Assembly (NCBI GenBank): GCA_050015395.1
Contig: JBEKBM010000038.1
Coordinates: 1 to 17,040, forward strand
DNA length: 17,040 bases
Origin: Candidatus Bathyarchaeia archaeon
GTDB taxonomy: Archaea > Thermoproteota > Bathyarchaeia > Bathyarchaeales > Bathycorpusculaceae
Direction of reading: 5' to 3'
Position numbers and translations under genes: made by a program. The notes below the pieces were generated by a model. It was not told the origin of the DNA, searched no databases, and saw only the letters and a program-made list of their open reading frames with translations. Of the stretch, positions 1-9,401 are shown in pieces (the first letter of the stretch is position 1; every line of letters begins with the position of its first letter).

Positions 1-382
1 TGATTATTTTGTGTCCGTTGCCAATTATGGTTGCTCCGTCACCGGCGATTTTAGCGTTAATTTTATTGGACACCAAAACGTCCCCGCTTAAAGTGTAAGT
101 TCCAGGGTTAAGGTAAACTGAGTTTCCCTTAGCGAACGCCGTATTAATAGCGGATGAAGCGCTCCCCGATACGCTTGTTGTGGAACCCGTTACCATGTTT
201 TTTAATTGGTAATTGTTGCCGTTTTGAGAAACAACAAAATCGTAACTTACAGCACTGGAACCGGCAGGAGTGCTGGGTCGTTCAAAAATCATGTAAGTGT
301 TAAATGCGGACAGCGCAAGCAAAGCTACAAGGAGAAGAACGATAACGCGTTTAGAGATAGTTATCTTTGAGTTTGCTTTCAT
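1..382 (-). CDS. Secreted/membrane-anchored protein, probable right-handed beta-helix (pectate-lyase-like) fold; partial, runs off the left edge
   Basis: Not in the ORF track. Manual translation from ATG at 382-380 is open to the edge: MKANSKITISKRVIVLLLVALLALSAFNTYMIFERPSTPAGSSAVSYDFVVSQNGNNYQLKNMVTGSTTSVSGSASSAINTAFAKGNSVYLNPGTYTLSGDVLVSNKINAKIAGDGATIIGNGHKII. It has a basic N-terminus plus hydrophobic helix, and 'AINTA..GNSVYLNPGTY' resembles the N-cap of beta-helix proteins. Confidence 0.75.
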   Translation of the reverse strand, partial: MKANSKITISKRVIVLLLVALLALSAFNTYMIFERPSTPAGSSAVSYDFVVSQNGNNYQLKNMVTGSTTSVSGSASSAINTAFAKGNSVYLNPGTYTLSGDVLVSNKINAKIAGDGATIIGNGHKII

Positions 383-544
383 CTTTGAGGGCTCATGCAA
401 TTTTGAAGTACATGTATGAATCATCGTTAATTAAATTTTATGATAATACGCTGCATATAAGCGAGACAATACAAAAAAAATTGTTGCATATAGACTACCA
501 TAAACGTATTAATTATCCATTCTCTAGTTCAATACGGTGCCCAA

Positions 545-1693
545 GTGGAATACCGTTCTTTTGGAAAACTCGACTGGAAAGTTTCAGCACTCGGATTCGG
601 TACCATGCGTTTGCCAATCATCGGGGAAGACCAAGCAAAAGTCAACGAGTCTAAAACCATAAAACTAATCCGATACGCGATAGATCAAGGCGTTAACTAC
701 GTTGACTCAGCCTTCACCTACCACGATGGCAACAGCGAAGTAACCGTTGGCAAAGCGCTAGCAGGAAAATACCGCAAACAAGCAAAAATAGCAACGAAAA
801 TGCCCGTTTTCTCAGTGAAAAGCAAAGAAGACTTGGATAAGATTCTGAATTTGCAACTGAAACGATTAAACACAAACCATATTGATTTTTACCTGTTCCA
901 CAGTCTCAACAAGACGTTATGGAACAAGGTTTTGGAGTTAAACATGATTGAGTGGGCAGAGAAGCAGGTTGCTAAGGGAAGACTCGGCTACTTGGGTTTC
1001 AGCTTCCATGACGAATTGGAAGTTTTCAAGGAAATAGTCGACAGCTATGACAAATGGACGCTTAGCCAAATACAATACAACTACTTAGACGAAAAATATC
1101 AGGCTGGAAAAGCCGGTTTAAAATACGCAGCGTCAAAAGGCTTAGCTGTTGTGGTGATGGAGCCTCTATCAGGTGGCATGTTAGCTGTTAATCCGCCCGC
1201 AGAAATACAAAAGGAATGGAAAAAAGCAGACATTAGAAGGTCAGCGGCAGATTGGGCTTTGCAGTGGGTTTGGAATCAACCAGAAGTTTCAGTTGCCCTA
1301 AGCGGCATGAACGCAATGCAGCAAGTCATAGAAAACGTCGAAAGCGCAAACAAATCTGGCTCAAACACGCTAAACTCAACGGAAATCAAATTATTATCAA
1401 ACGCACGAGAGCTGTACCTTAAATGCGGGTACATAGGCTGCACAAAATGCAGGTATTGCAGCCATTGCCCACAAAGCATTGATATTCCTGTAACCTTAGC
1501 CTTTCTAAACCAGTATTCAACAATGCGCAAAGGCCCAGCAACGCAGTCAACAATAAAAAAAGAATATGCCAAAGCTGTACCTTCAGCTAGAAGGGCAAGC
1601 AACTGTATCCATTGTGGGCAATGTGAAGCAATTTGCCCCCAGCATCTGCCAGTACGCAAACTACTCTCAGAGGCAACCGCCTGTTTAGAATAA
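545..1693 (+). CDS. Aldo/keto reductase with C-terminal 4Fe-4S dicluster domain (COG1453-like)
   Basis: GTG start. LGFGTMRLP; catalytic D/Y/K/H in YVDSAFTY, ATKMP and LFHSL; VMEPLSGG; C-terminal CTKCRYCSHCP and CIHCGQCEAICP. Confidence 0.92.
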   Translation: MEYRSFGKLDWKVSALGFGTMRLPIIGEDQAKVNESKTIKLIRYAIDQGVNYVDSAFTYHDGNSEVTVGKALAGKYRKQAKIATKMPVFSVKSKEDLDKILNLQLKRLNTNHIDFYLFHSLNKTLWNKVLELNMIEWAEKQVAKGRLGYLGFSFHDELEVFKEIVDSYDKWTLSQIQYNYLDEKYQAGKAGLKYAASKGLAVVVMEPLSGGMLAVNPPAEIQKEWKKADIRRSAADWALQWVWNQPEVSVALSGMNAMQQVIENVESANKSGSNTLNSTEIKLLSNARELYLKCGYIGCTKCRYCSHCPQSIDIPVTLAFLNQYSTMRKGPATQSTIKKEYAKAVPSARRASNCIHCGQCEAICPQHLPVRKLLSEATACLE

Positions 1694-1949
1694 TTCAGGC
1701 AAAACAAGAATTTGTAGTTACATAGGGATGTAACAAGTGCTTATATAACGTTTTTAATTCATTAATTGGTAGAGGCTGTTTTGTTTTAAAAGCGCTTGTT
1801 TGTTAGATGTTTCCGTTAAAGAGGTTGATGATTCAAAAATTGAGTTTAATGCAAACTAGAACATAGCAGAACGTCAGTAGCTCTGAGCATTACTTGGGCC
1901 ATAATTTCTATCCTTAAAACAATTTCAGCTTCTTCTTGAGGAGAATTGA

Positions 1950-2711
1950 ATGATAATATTTGTTCATCAACCGGAATATATGCCGTGGCTTGGTTTCTTC
2001 GATAAACTTGCGAGATGTGATACTTTTGTTATCTATGATGATGCACAATTTCAACACGGCGGATTCCATAACAGAAACAAAATTAGAACCCTGAAAGGAT
2101 GGGAATGGCTAACTGTACCCATTATCCATGGGCACCCACAAACTATTAAGGACGTAAAAATATCTGGAACCCAATGGAAAAACAAACATTTAAACGCAAT
2201 AATTCATAATTACGAAAAGGCGCCTTATTTTAAAGAATATTTTCCCTTAATCAAAGAAGCCATAGATTCCGATCATGAACTACTGATAGGCTTAAACCTG
2301 CATCTAATAAGAAAATTCGCCGAAATCTTATCAATAAAAGCAAATATCGTTCGTTCATCCGAATTTCCTTATTGCGGGAAAGAGAAAAACGAAAAACTTG
2401 TGTCAATGTGTAAATTTATTGGAGCCGATACGTATCTGTCAGGTTCTGGCGGAAAAGCCTACATTAACGAAAAATTGTTTTCAAAAGCCAATATCCAGAT
2501 TAAATGGCATAACTACGAGCATCCAATTTACGAACAAAGATATGAAATTTTTCAACCTAACATGTCAATTATAGACTTGCTCTTCAATACTGGTCCCCAA
2601 GCCAAAGAAACAATTCTACGAGGCGGCACTATAAACGCAAGCAACACTTTAGATAAGTCGGCGCTTCCTAAAACTTTCATTGTTGAACAAATAAAAAAAG
2701 CAGCAATCTAA
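1950..2711 (+). CDS. WbqC-family protein
   Basis: HQPEYMPWLGFFDK, YDDAQF, NRNKI, WLTVP, YLSGSGGKAY and SIIDLLFNTG motifs typical of WbqC-like proteins; SD-like GAGGAG upstream of ATG. Confidence 0.9.
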   Translation: MIIFVHQPEYMPWLGFFDKLARCDTFVIYDDAQFQHGGFHNRNKIRTLKGWEWLTVPIIHGHPQTIKDVKISGTQWKNKHLNAIIHNYEKAPYFKEYFPLIKEAIDSDHELLIGLNLHLIRKFAEILSIKANIVRSSEFPYCGKEKNEKLVSMCKFIGADTYLSGSGGKAYINEKLFSKANIQIKWHNYEHPIYEQRYEIFQPNMSIIDLLFNTGPQAKETILRGGTINASNTLDKSALPKTFIVEQIKKAAI

Positions 2712-3008
2712 TTAGAATTTTACTATTTGGGCGTGAGGTATGCCTTCAATTTTTATCACGGCGTCGGGATGCACATAGCCTTCTGCTATGGCTTTTTCAA
2801 CACAGCATTTGCCTACAAGGTTCACTATGGTTGAATTATCAATCATTCCCATGGCTTCTTCAACACTTGCTTTTCGGCCATTATAAAATTCGTCTTTAAT
2901 ATGAAAGACAATTTTGCCTTCACGAAGCGTCCTGCCGAGTAATTCACAGTCGCAAACAGCTAATAGCACGTTTCTGCCCGCTTGCTTGAGGTTTACGTAG
3001 GCTTCCAA
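2712..3008 (-). CDS. DUF424 family protein
   Basis: TTG start. LLAVCDCELLG, FY.G, NLVG..CV..AI..G and IPHAQ motifs; lies directly downstream of aIF2-beta, as is common in archaea. Confidence 0.85.
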   Translation of the reverse strand: MEAYVNLKQAGRNVLLAVCDCELLGRTLREGKIVFHIKDEFYNGRKASVEEAMGMIDNSTIVNLVGKCCVEKAIAEGYVHPDAVIKIEGIPHAQIVKF

Positions 3009-3020
3009 TTTTTAGCTCGC

Positions 3021-3431
3021 CTACAACTGTTTAATAGCTGATTTTGCACCGCAAGCGTTGCATACTAGAAAAGATAATCGTTTTTCCTTAACAATTCTGG
3101 TATCAGGACGCTTGCAAATGGGGCAAACTACGTAACTATCTAAATACCGCTGCAATAAGCGTTCAAAACTTTCGCGGCGAAATTTTCCTTGAAAGATCGC
3201 TCTTGAATCTTGAAAGGTCGCTGCGGTAGCCATTTCCCGAGTCAAGAACTTCAAAATATGCTGAGGATCACGATCCAATGCATCAGCCGCTTCCTTGAAA
3301 TTAGAAATAATTGTTCGCATGCCAACTGTATTAACCATCAGTCTTGGCAGTTCCAAGCGCTCATGCTTTAAGGAAACTTCTGGCATCTGAGCGTACGCCT
3401 TCTTCAGTAGGTCATCATAATTAAACGACAT
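3021..3431 (-). CDS. eif2b: Translation initiation factor aIF-2 beta subunit
   Basis: YDDLL..AY, TIISNF, RDPQH..KFL.REMAT, and C4 zinc ribbon CPICKRPDT...CNACGA. Confidence 0.95.
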   Translation of the reverse strand: MSFNYDDLLKKAYAQMPEVSLKHERLELPRLMVNTVGMRTIISNFKEAADALDRDPQHILKFLTREMATAATFQDSRAIFQGKFRRESFERLLQRYLDSYVVCPICKRPDTRIVKEKRLSFLVCNACGAKSAIKQL

Positions 3432-3593
3432 AACTCTACCATCTCACCAAACCATTGTGCCACCCTATATTTAAAAATTATAATCTAAAGGCGGCTGTTT
3501 ACCATGTCAAACTACATATTTTGTACAGAAAATCATTATAAATGCTTACGCACCAATGCTCATTAGCTTCAACAGTACTAGAGGCTAACGCAC
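3432..3593. promoter_or_regulatory. Divergent promoter region with TATA-like boxes
   Basis: TTTAAATA on the minus strand around 3467-3475 upstream of aIF2-beta; TTATAAA at about 3536-3542 upstream of the coiled-coil gene; GGTGAG and GAGG SD-like motifs near the starts. Confidence 0.5.
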
Positions 3594-4523
3594 ATGTCAG
3601 AGCAACAAAAACCCATTAAAATAGAAGACATAAATCAGCAAATTGAAAAACTAAGAGACCAAGCTAATACAGCAGACGCTCAAATCAAAAAGCATATCGA
3701 ACAGAGAAACCAGTTGAACGACCAAGTAAAGAAAACCCACCAAGAAATTGACGAGTTGAAAACCGAGCGCGACAGTATAAATGAAAAAGTTAAGATGCTA
3801 AAACAGCAAAGAGACGACATCAGAGCTAAAACTACACCAATCACCGAGGAAATAAACGCCATAAAAGAAAAAATCTCTGAACTCAAAAAGAAAGTACCAC
3901 GCGAGAGGCAGCAGGACTTGCAAGAAGAGCTTGAAGCCATTGAATGGAAGATTCAGACAACTTCTCTTGATTTGCAAGAGGAAAAAGGGCTAATTGAGAA
4001 CGTCAAGCAGCTTGAAATTCTACTTAGCAGTTACAAAAAAATAGACCTTAAATACAAAAAAATCAAGGACTTACTAACCCAACGCCAAACCCTTGAAGCT
4101 CAAGCTGACATCTTTCATAAGGAATTAACTGATTTAGTCAAAAAAAGCCAAGAAATACATTCACAAATGATTGAAAAAGTAAACGCCGCGAAAATAACCA
4201 AAGCTCAAGCTGATAGCCTACATCAAGCTTACATTAAAACAAAGGAGGACATTCTTCTTTTTCAAGTGAAAATCGCGGAATTGACCGGGCAATTACGAGG
4301 TTTAAGAGCTTCCATGAGAGAAGAAGATAAAGTTAGGAGAATGGCGGCTCAGCAGGCTTTTAAAGAAAAAGAGCACGCTGATAAAGAAAAACAGCAGGCT
4401 ATTAAAGATAAGCTTGGAGCTGAAGCGAGGGATAAGCTGCAGAAGGGCGAAAAATTAAGTTGGAATGAGTTTCAACTTGTCATGGGCGGCGACACTGAAG
4501 ATGATGAGCAAGCGCAAGATTAA
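3594..4523 (+). CDS. Archaeal coiled-coil protein (COG1340-like)
   Basis: K/E/Q-rich heptad sequence with 'IEWKIQTTSL..EEK.LIE' and C-terminal 'KLQKGEKLSWNEF'; directly upstream of DUF373. Confidence 0.8.
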   Translation: MSEQQKPIKIEDINQQIEKLRDQANTADAQIKKHIEQRNQLNDQVKKTHQEIDELKTERDSINEKVKMLKQQRDDIRAKTTPITEEINAIKEKISELKKKVPRERQQDLQEELEAIEWKIQTTSLDLQEEKGLIENVKQLEILLSSYKKIDLKYKKIKDLLTQRQTLEAQADIFHKELTDLVKKSQEIHSQMIEKVNAAKITKAQADSLHQAYIKTKEDILLFQVKIAELTGQLRGLRASMREEDKVRRMAAQQAFKEKEHADKEKQQAIKDKLGAEARDKLQKGEKLSWNEFQLVMGGDTEDDEQAQD

Positions 4524-4558
4524 AGTTAAATGGCGGTATTAAGGGAATAGAGATGTAG

Positions 4559-5794
4559 ATGGCTAAAAAGGAAACGCAAGAACAAACGCAAAAGCGTATC
4601 CTAATCCTATGCGTCGATAGAGATGGCGATATAGAAGTAAAGACAGGAATAAAAACGCCTCTTCTTGGAAGAACCGCAAACTTAGACGGCGCAGTTTCCT
4701 TAGCCTTAAAAGACCCTGAAGAACCAGATGCAAACGCCATGTTCGAAGCTGTCCGGCTTTATGACAGGTTACAAAACGAAAAGCAACCGCAGGAAATTTT
4801 TGAAGTCGCTACGATATCGGGTTCTGAGTTGGGCGGCGTTAGCGCTGACAGAAAATTGGTTGCTGAATTAAATAATTTACTCGATACTTTTAATGCAAAC
4901 GAAGTGATTCTGGTTAGTGATGGTTATTCTGACGAGGCAATTTTACCTCTTATTGAATCCAGAGTGCCCGTGTCATCGGTCAGACGGATAGTAATAAAGC
5001 ATAGTGAATCAATCGAAGAGACTGCTGCCCTCTTCACAAAATACATTCGATTATTAATAGATAATCCAAGGTACGCGCGAATGGCGTTAGGTTTGCCTGG
5101 ATTACTAGTTTTTATTTTCGGTGTTCTTTGGGCTATCAACAATTATGTTTACCGAGGCGCCATTGACTTTTACGGAATTGCCATTGTAATTGTTCTAGGC
5201 GGTTTCTTACTTATCAAGGGCTTTGGCGTTGACAGGTCAGCTAAAGACTTCTATAAGTGGATAAAAGAATATTCTCCGCCGCCTATGCCGATGCAAATCT
5301 CAAATTACACGGTTTTAGCCGGAATCTTGTGCGTCGCCGTCAGCGTTTACCTCGGAATAGCAAACGTCAATATTAACGTGGTACCATACCCCACTGCCTT
5401 TGCTGGGTGGCTAGCTGTCACTCCCAAGATAGTTACTTTCTTTATTAAGGGTGTCGAAGACCTTCTGGTGGTGGGTATAATCATCGTTCTTTTCGGGCGA
5501 AGCGTACGTTTATACTTTGAAAGAGACTCAAGATTACTTCGGAATGTTGCTTTGATAGTTACAGTTGCATGGTTCCGTTGGATTCTTGAAGCAACAGCAA
5601 ACGTAATTTACGACACATACCGCCCAGGAGGGCAACCAATAGTTGGTTTTAATAGCAATGATTTTTCGGTGTTCATTTTTACAATATTGGTAGGTATTCT
5701 AATTGGCATTGCTTCTGTGCTACTAATTTTAATTGTCAGTAGGTCAACTAAAGGCTTCTTCAAAAAACCCGATAAGAACCAAGTTTCAGAATAA
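4559..5794 (+). CDS. DUF373 family membrane protein
   Basis: LILCVDRDGD, ALKDPEEPDANAMF, LVSDGYSDE and RRIVIKHSESIE, followed by several hydrophobic helices. Confidence 0.88.
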   Translation: MAKKETQEQTQKRILILCVDRDGDIEVKTGIKTPLLGRTANLDGAVSLALKDPEEPDANAMFEAVRLYDRLQNEKQPQEIFEVATISGSELGGVSADRKLVAELNNLLDTFNANEVILVSDGYSDEAILPLIESRVPVSSVRRIVIKHSESIEETAALFTKYIRLLIDNPRYARMALGLPGLLVFIFGVLWAINNYVYRGAIDFYGIAIVIVLGGFLLIKGFGVDRSAKDFYKWIKEYSPPPMPMQISNYTVLAGILCVAVSVYLGIANVNINVVPYPTAFAGWLAVTPKIVTFFIKGVEDLLVVGIIIVLFGRSVRLYFERDSRLLRNVALIVTVAWFRWILEATANVIYDTYRPGGQPIVGFNSNDFSVFIFTILVGILIGIASVLLILIVSRSTKGFFKKPDKNQVSE

Positions 5795-5921
5795 AATTTT
5801 TGCCAGTATTTTAATCTGGAATTGGGGCAAGATTTAATTGAAACAGTCAAAGCTTTAATTATAATGTAAAGTTGAAAAGAAAAATCCCTTGAAGAATGTT
5901 TAACATGCGAGGTCACGTTTA

Positions 5922-6719
5922 GTGCTTAAAAAAATGCTTTCTGCCATTGGCGCATACAAACTGTATGAGAAATGGATATGGCTGCAGGTTAGAGACGGAG
6001 TAAAACCTGAGCATATCGCCATAATTTTAGACGGCAACAGGCGGTGGGCAAACGAGCAGGAAAAAGACCCTTGGCTGCTGCAGGATAAGTGGGGTCACAA
6101 GAATGGTGCTGATACAGTTGAGCTGCTTTTAGATTGGTGCCATATGCTTGATGTCAAATATGTAACACTCTATACTTTTTCAACAGAGAACTTTTCTAGG
6201 AAATCGGATGAAGTACAAAAGATTATGCAGATTGCTGAGGAAAGATTCCGCAAGCTGCTAAAAGATGAGCGTATACATCGAGATAAGGTTCATGTGAAAG
6301 TTATCGGCAGAGTTAACCTTCTGCCTAAAAGTTTACAGGAAAGCATTGAAGATGTGGAGAAAGCAACGGCAAGCTATGATAGATATTTCTGGAACTTTGC
6401 CTTCGCTTACGGGGGCAGAGCCGAAATCGTTGATGCTGCTAAGGCTATTGCTGAGAAAGTTAAAAGCGGCGAGTTAGAGTTAGCTGATGTGACCGAAAAC
6501 ACCTTTGAAAAGTACCTATACACTGCACATATGGATAAGCAGGATCCTGACATGATTATACGCACTTCAGGCGAAGAACGCTTAAGCGGATTCTTGCTTT
6601 GGCAAGCCGCCTACAGTGAACTTCTCTTCTTAGATGTTAACTGGCCCGATTTTCGACTTATCGACTTGTTAAGAGCCATTAGAACCTTCCAGGACCGAAA
6701 ACGCCGCTTCGGCACATAA
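5922..6719 (+). CDS. uppS: cis-prenyltransferase (polyprenyl/undecaprenyl diphosphate synthase)
   Basis: HIAIILDGNRRWA, LYTFSTENFSR, AYGGRAEI, PDMIIRTSGEERLSGFLLWQ and C-terminal RRFG; GTG start with GAGGT upstream. Confidence 0.96.
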   Translation: MLKKMLSAIGAYKLYEKWIWLQVRDGVKPEHIAIILDGNRRWANEQEKDPWLLQDKWGHKNGADTVELLLDWCHMLDVKYVTLYTFSTENFSRKSDEVQKIMQIAEERFRKLLKDERIHRDKVHVKVIGRVNLLPKSLQESIEDVEKATASYDRYFWNFAFAYGGRAEIVDAAKAIAEKVKSGELELADVTENTFEKYLYTAHMDKQDPDMIIRTSGEERLSGFLLWQAAYSELLFLDVNWPDFRLIDLLRAIRTFQDRKRRFGT

Positions 6720-6753
6720 AAACTAAAAAAATAAAAAGCGAAAAAGGGATAGA
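6720..6753 (-). terminator. Oligo-T/pyrimidine terminator downstream of ychF
   Basis: The minus strand reads TCCCTTTTTCGCTTTTTATTTTTTTAG right after the stop codon, between convergent genes. Confidence 0.55.
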
Positions 6754-7977
6754 TTAGGCGCGTTTTTTGGCACTTACGATGCTTATGACGTCTCTGTCTT
6801 TGAGGATGGCGTCTTCGCCGATTCTTCTTTTGTCTCGAGCATCGATGGCGTAGATGAAGCTTTCTCCAAGTTCTGTGTGGATTAAGTAAGCGAACTGATG
6901 CGCGGTTGTTCCTTTTGGAATGAGGTAAGCGTCAGGCAAGACTCTGCCGTTATGGTCAGAGAGGTGCTCTAAATCTTCCACAGGATAAACGGTTATCATG
7001 TTGAGAAGTTTAAAGTAAGCCATGTTAATGGCGTCTTGGATGCCTGTTGAGCCTTTTTTTTGGAGCACTTTTTCACGTATAGCTTCCAAAGCCTTAATCT
7101 GGACTTGGGATAGTTTTTCCGGCTGTGTTATCTTAAAGTTGCAGTCGCCTGGCTTATAATCGATTAATTGTTTTTCAGCAGCACGCCTAAGTGCAAGTTC
7201 AGCTTCTGCCGAACATGGAATAACCATGTAATCAAGTTCCTTCATCCTCTCCAAATTCGCTTCGGCGGTTGGCAGGTCAATTTTGTTTGCCACTATCAGC
7301 ATTGGCTTAGAAATTTGCCTTAGAACATCAACGAATTTTAAGAAGTCATCGTCACTCCAGCCGGTTGGTTTATCAGCGTTCAAGCCAGTTCGTTTTGTTG
7401 CTTCAAAAATGTGGCTGCGTTTTATGCCTAAGCCGCTAAGTCGTTCTTCAAGGGGACCAAAGATGCCTTTTTTGTCTGCTTCAGCTGTTCTCGCGATTTT
7501 TGTCCAGTCCTTTTTAAGTATGCTCGCCATCCACATGGTTATTTCGTGCTCAAGAAACTTGACGTCCTCAAGCGGGTCATGTTCCCCAGGTTTGCATACG
7601 CGCCCTTCGCAGTCTGTTCCGCCTGAAGCGTCAACTATGTGGATAAGCGCGTCTGCTCTACGTATTTCGTCTAGGAACTGGTTTCCTAAGCCGCGTCCTT
7701 CCCAAGCGCCTGGAACAATGCCTGCAATGTCGATTAATTCTACAGGAACAAGCCTTACGCCATCTAGGCATAATGAGTTTTTAGGGTTATCTTTCACTTT
7801 GAATTCTTCATGAACGCAAGGCGTGCGTACGTAGCCAACTCCCCTGTTAGGCTTAATTGTGGTGAAAGGATAATTGGCTATTTCTGCCGCTACCAAAGTT
7901 GCTGCGCTGAAAAACGTGGATTTTCCCGTGTTCGGTTTTCCAACGACCCCGAGTAATCGTGAATAAGACCTTTGCAT
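6754..7977 (-). CDS. ychF: OBG-family translation-associated GTPase (archaeal YchF/Ygr210-like) with C-terminal TGS domain
   Basis: G1 GKPNTGKST, G2 YPFTT, G3 DIAG, GRGLGNQFL, G4 NKID, and TGS-like 'AYLIHTELG'. Confidence 0.92.
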   Translation of the reverse strand: MQRSYSRLLGVVGKPNTGKSTFFSAATLVAAEIANYPFTTIKPNRGVGYVRTPCVHEEFKVKDNPKNSLCLDGVRLVPVELIDIAGIVPGAWEGRGLGNQFLDEIRRADALIHIVDASGGTDCEGRVCKPGEHDPLEDVKFLEHEITMWMASILKKDWTKIARTAEADKKGIFGPLEERLSGLGIKRSHIFEATKRTGLNADKPTGWSDDDFLKFVDVLRQISKPMLIVANKIDLPTAEANLERMKELDYMVIPCSAEAELALRRAAEKQLIDYKPGDCNFKITQPEKLSQVQIKALEAIREKVLQKKGSTGIQDAINMAYFKLLNMITVYPVEDLEHLSDHNGRVLPDAYLIPKGTTAHQFAYLIHTELGESFIYAIDARDKRRIGEDAILKDRDVISIVSAKKRA

Positions 7978-8183
7978 ATGTTACTTCACGCAGTACTGTT
8001 GCTATCTGTAGTGCTATATTATTTGTGCTTATAAACAATGAAAAAAGCTGTGATTTTTAGCTTGATGATAATCAAATCAAGTGCGGTTGTTTTTTCTTGA
8101 GCGTGCGACGTTGGAAAAGCCGCTCGTGCAACCAAAAGGCATGTTCTAAGCATCATTTCCGCTTCCTGAACTTTTGGCTATTC

Positions 8184-8468
8184 CTAAGCAGATAGATTGA
8201 TAATCCGATTATTGCCGTTACGAGGCGGAGATAATGGCGTACTTAGTCCAGAGGTGACGGGCAATAAAGTATTATGTGCATGGTTAAAATCACCTGATGT
8301 ATCTACTGTCTGTGCATATACAGAGTGGAAGCAGGCGACAAGAATTAGAAGACATGAAATGAGAATCGCCAATTCTAGAAGTCGAGATATCCGTTGCCTA
8401 CCCCCAAATTTCTTTGTAGTTTTAATTTTGTTAGCTTGACACCTGAGCTTGTTCGCATTCGATCTCAT
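8184..8468 (-). CDS. Small hypothetical exported/membrane protein (possibly a gene remnant)
   Basis: ATG preceded by GAGG and an upstream TTATTTAAA box; basic region, hydrophobic helix LLELAILISCLLILVACF and a VYA|Q signal-peptidase-like site. Confidence 0.45.
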   Translation of the reverse strand: MRSNANKLRCQANKIKTTKKFGGRQRISRLLELAILISCLLILVACFHSVYAQTVDTSGDFNHAHNTLLPVTSGLSTPLSPPRNGNNRIINLSA

Positions 8469-8669
8469 GGTTCCTCAAGCCCCTCACTGCTTTAGGACTT
8501 GTTTGATAATGAATAACTCAATTTAAATAACCTTGTGCGCATGCTGAGGCGACCCTTTCGTTTGCGGTTAAATGCAAAAGAAAAGCGTAAAGGAACGCTA
8601 GCAATCAATCGCTTACTTGTGATACATTTTTAAGCCATAGTAATTTATTTTGTGTTAGGAGTGTTTAGT

Positions 8670-9335
8670 GTGAAAATTGTCGAAGGAATCCATCATGTGG
8701 AAGGAATAAACGCCAATGTCTACCTCGTTGAAGACGGAGATAAGTTGATTTTAATTGATACGGGTTTACCTCGAAACGACAAAAAAATAATAAATTATAT
8801 TGAAGGTTTAGGTCGCAAGCCAACAGATGTCTCAACTATAGTGTTAACTCATTTTCACATAGACCATGTTGGAAGCGCCAAGAAGATGAAGGAATTAACA
8901 AATGCGAAGGTAGCGGTTCATGAACTTGATGCGGATTACGTTGCTGGAAAGAAAGCGCCGCCTAAACCCAAGAATTTAATGTTTAAGGCTCTTGGCTCAG
9001 TTTTTAAGGCTGCGCCAGTTGAGCCTGAGTTGCTGCTGAAAGACAATGATAAAGTCGGCAGGTTGATTGTTATTCATACTCCTGAGCATTCTGAAGGAAG
9101 CATTTCACTGTTAGATGCCGAAAGAAAAGTTATGTTTGCCGGGGACGCGATTAGGTTTATGGATGGCAAGATTACGGGTTCGCCTGAACAGTTCACGTTG
9201 GACATGGATAAAGCAAAGGATTCGATTAGGAGAATATCAACGTTTGATTTTGACATTTTGCTCAGCGGGCATGGCCAACCTTTAATGCCTGATGCCTCGC
9301 AAAAAGTGAAGGATTACGTTGTTACGTTGAAGTAG
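8670..9335 (+). CDS. Metallo-beta-lactamase fold hydrolase
   Basis: LIDTG, THFHIDHVG (HxHxDH), HTPEH, FAGDA and SGHG. Probable start is GTG at 8670, behind AGGAG, rather than 8652. Confidence 0.92.
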   Translation: MKIVEGIHHVEGINANVYLVEDGDKLILIDTGLPRNDKKIINYIEGLGRKPTDVSTIVLTHFHIDHVGSAKKMKELTNAKVAVHELDADYVAGKKAPPKPKNLMFKALGSVFKAAPVEPELLLKDNDKVGRLIVIHTPEHSEGSISLLDAERKVMFAGDAIRFMDGKITGSPEQFTLDMDKAKDSIRRISTFDFDILLSGHGQPLMPDASQKVKDYVVTLK

Positions 9336-9401
9336 TTTTGGCTTCAGCTTTCTCTTTTAAACCATTTTCCTCTGAACAGCTGTATTTTTTGCCTCTTAAT
9401 C

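Noticed and set aside
367-654. 95-aa plus-strand ORF
   Set aside because: Spans the divergent promoter and overlaps both real genes; no recognisable motif.
8197-8439. 80-aa plus-strand ORF
   Set aside because: Antisense to 8184-8468, which has better start signals and a signal-peptide pattern.
8555-8586. Weak hairpin CTTTCGTTTGC...GCAAAAGAAAAG
   Set aside because: Short, imperfect and low-complexity; compatible with chance.
9075-9095. HTPEH instead of the usual TPGH in the MBL hydrolase
   Set aside because: A single substitution with the metal-ligand His retained; insufficient to claim altered function.
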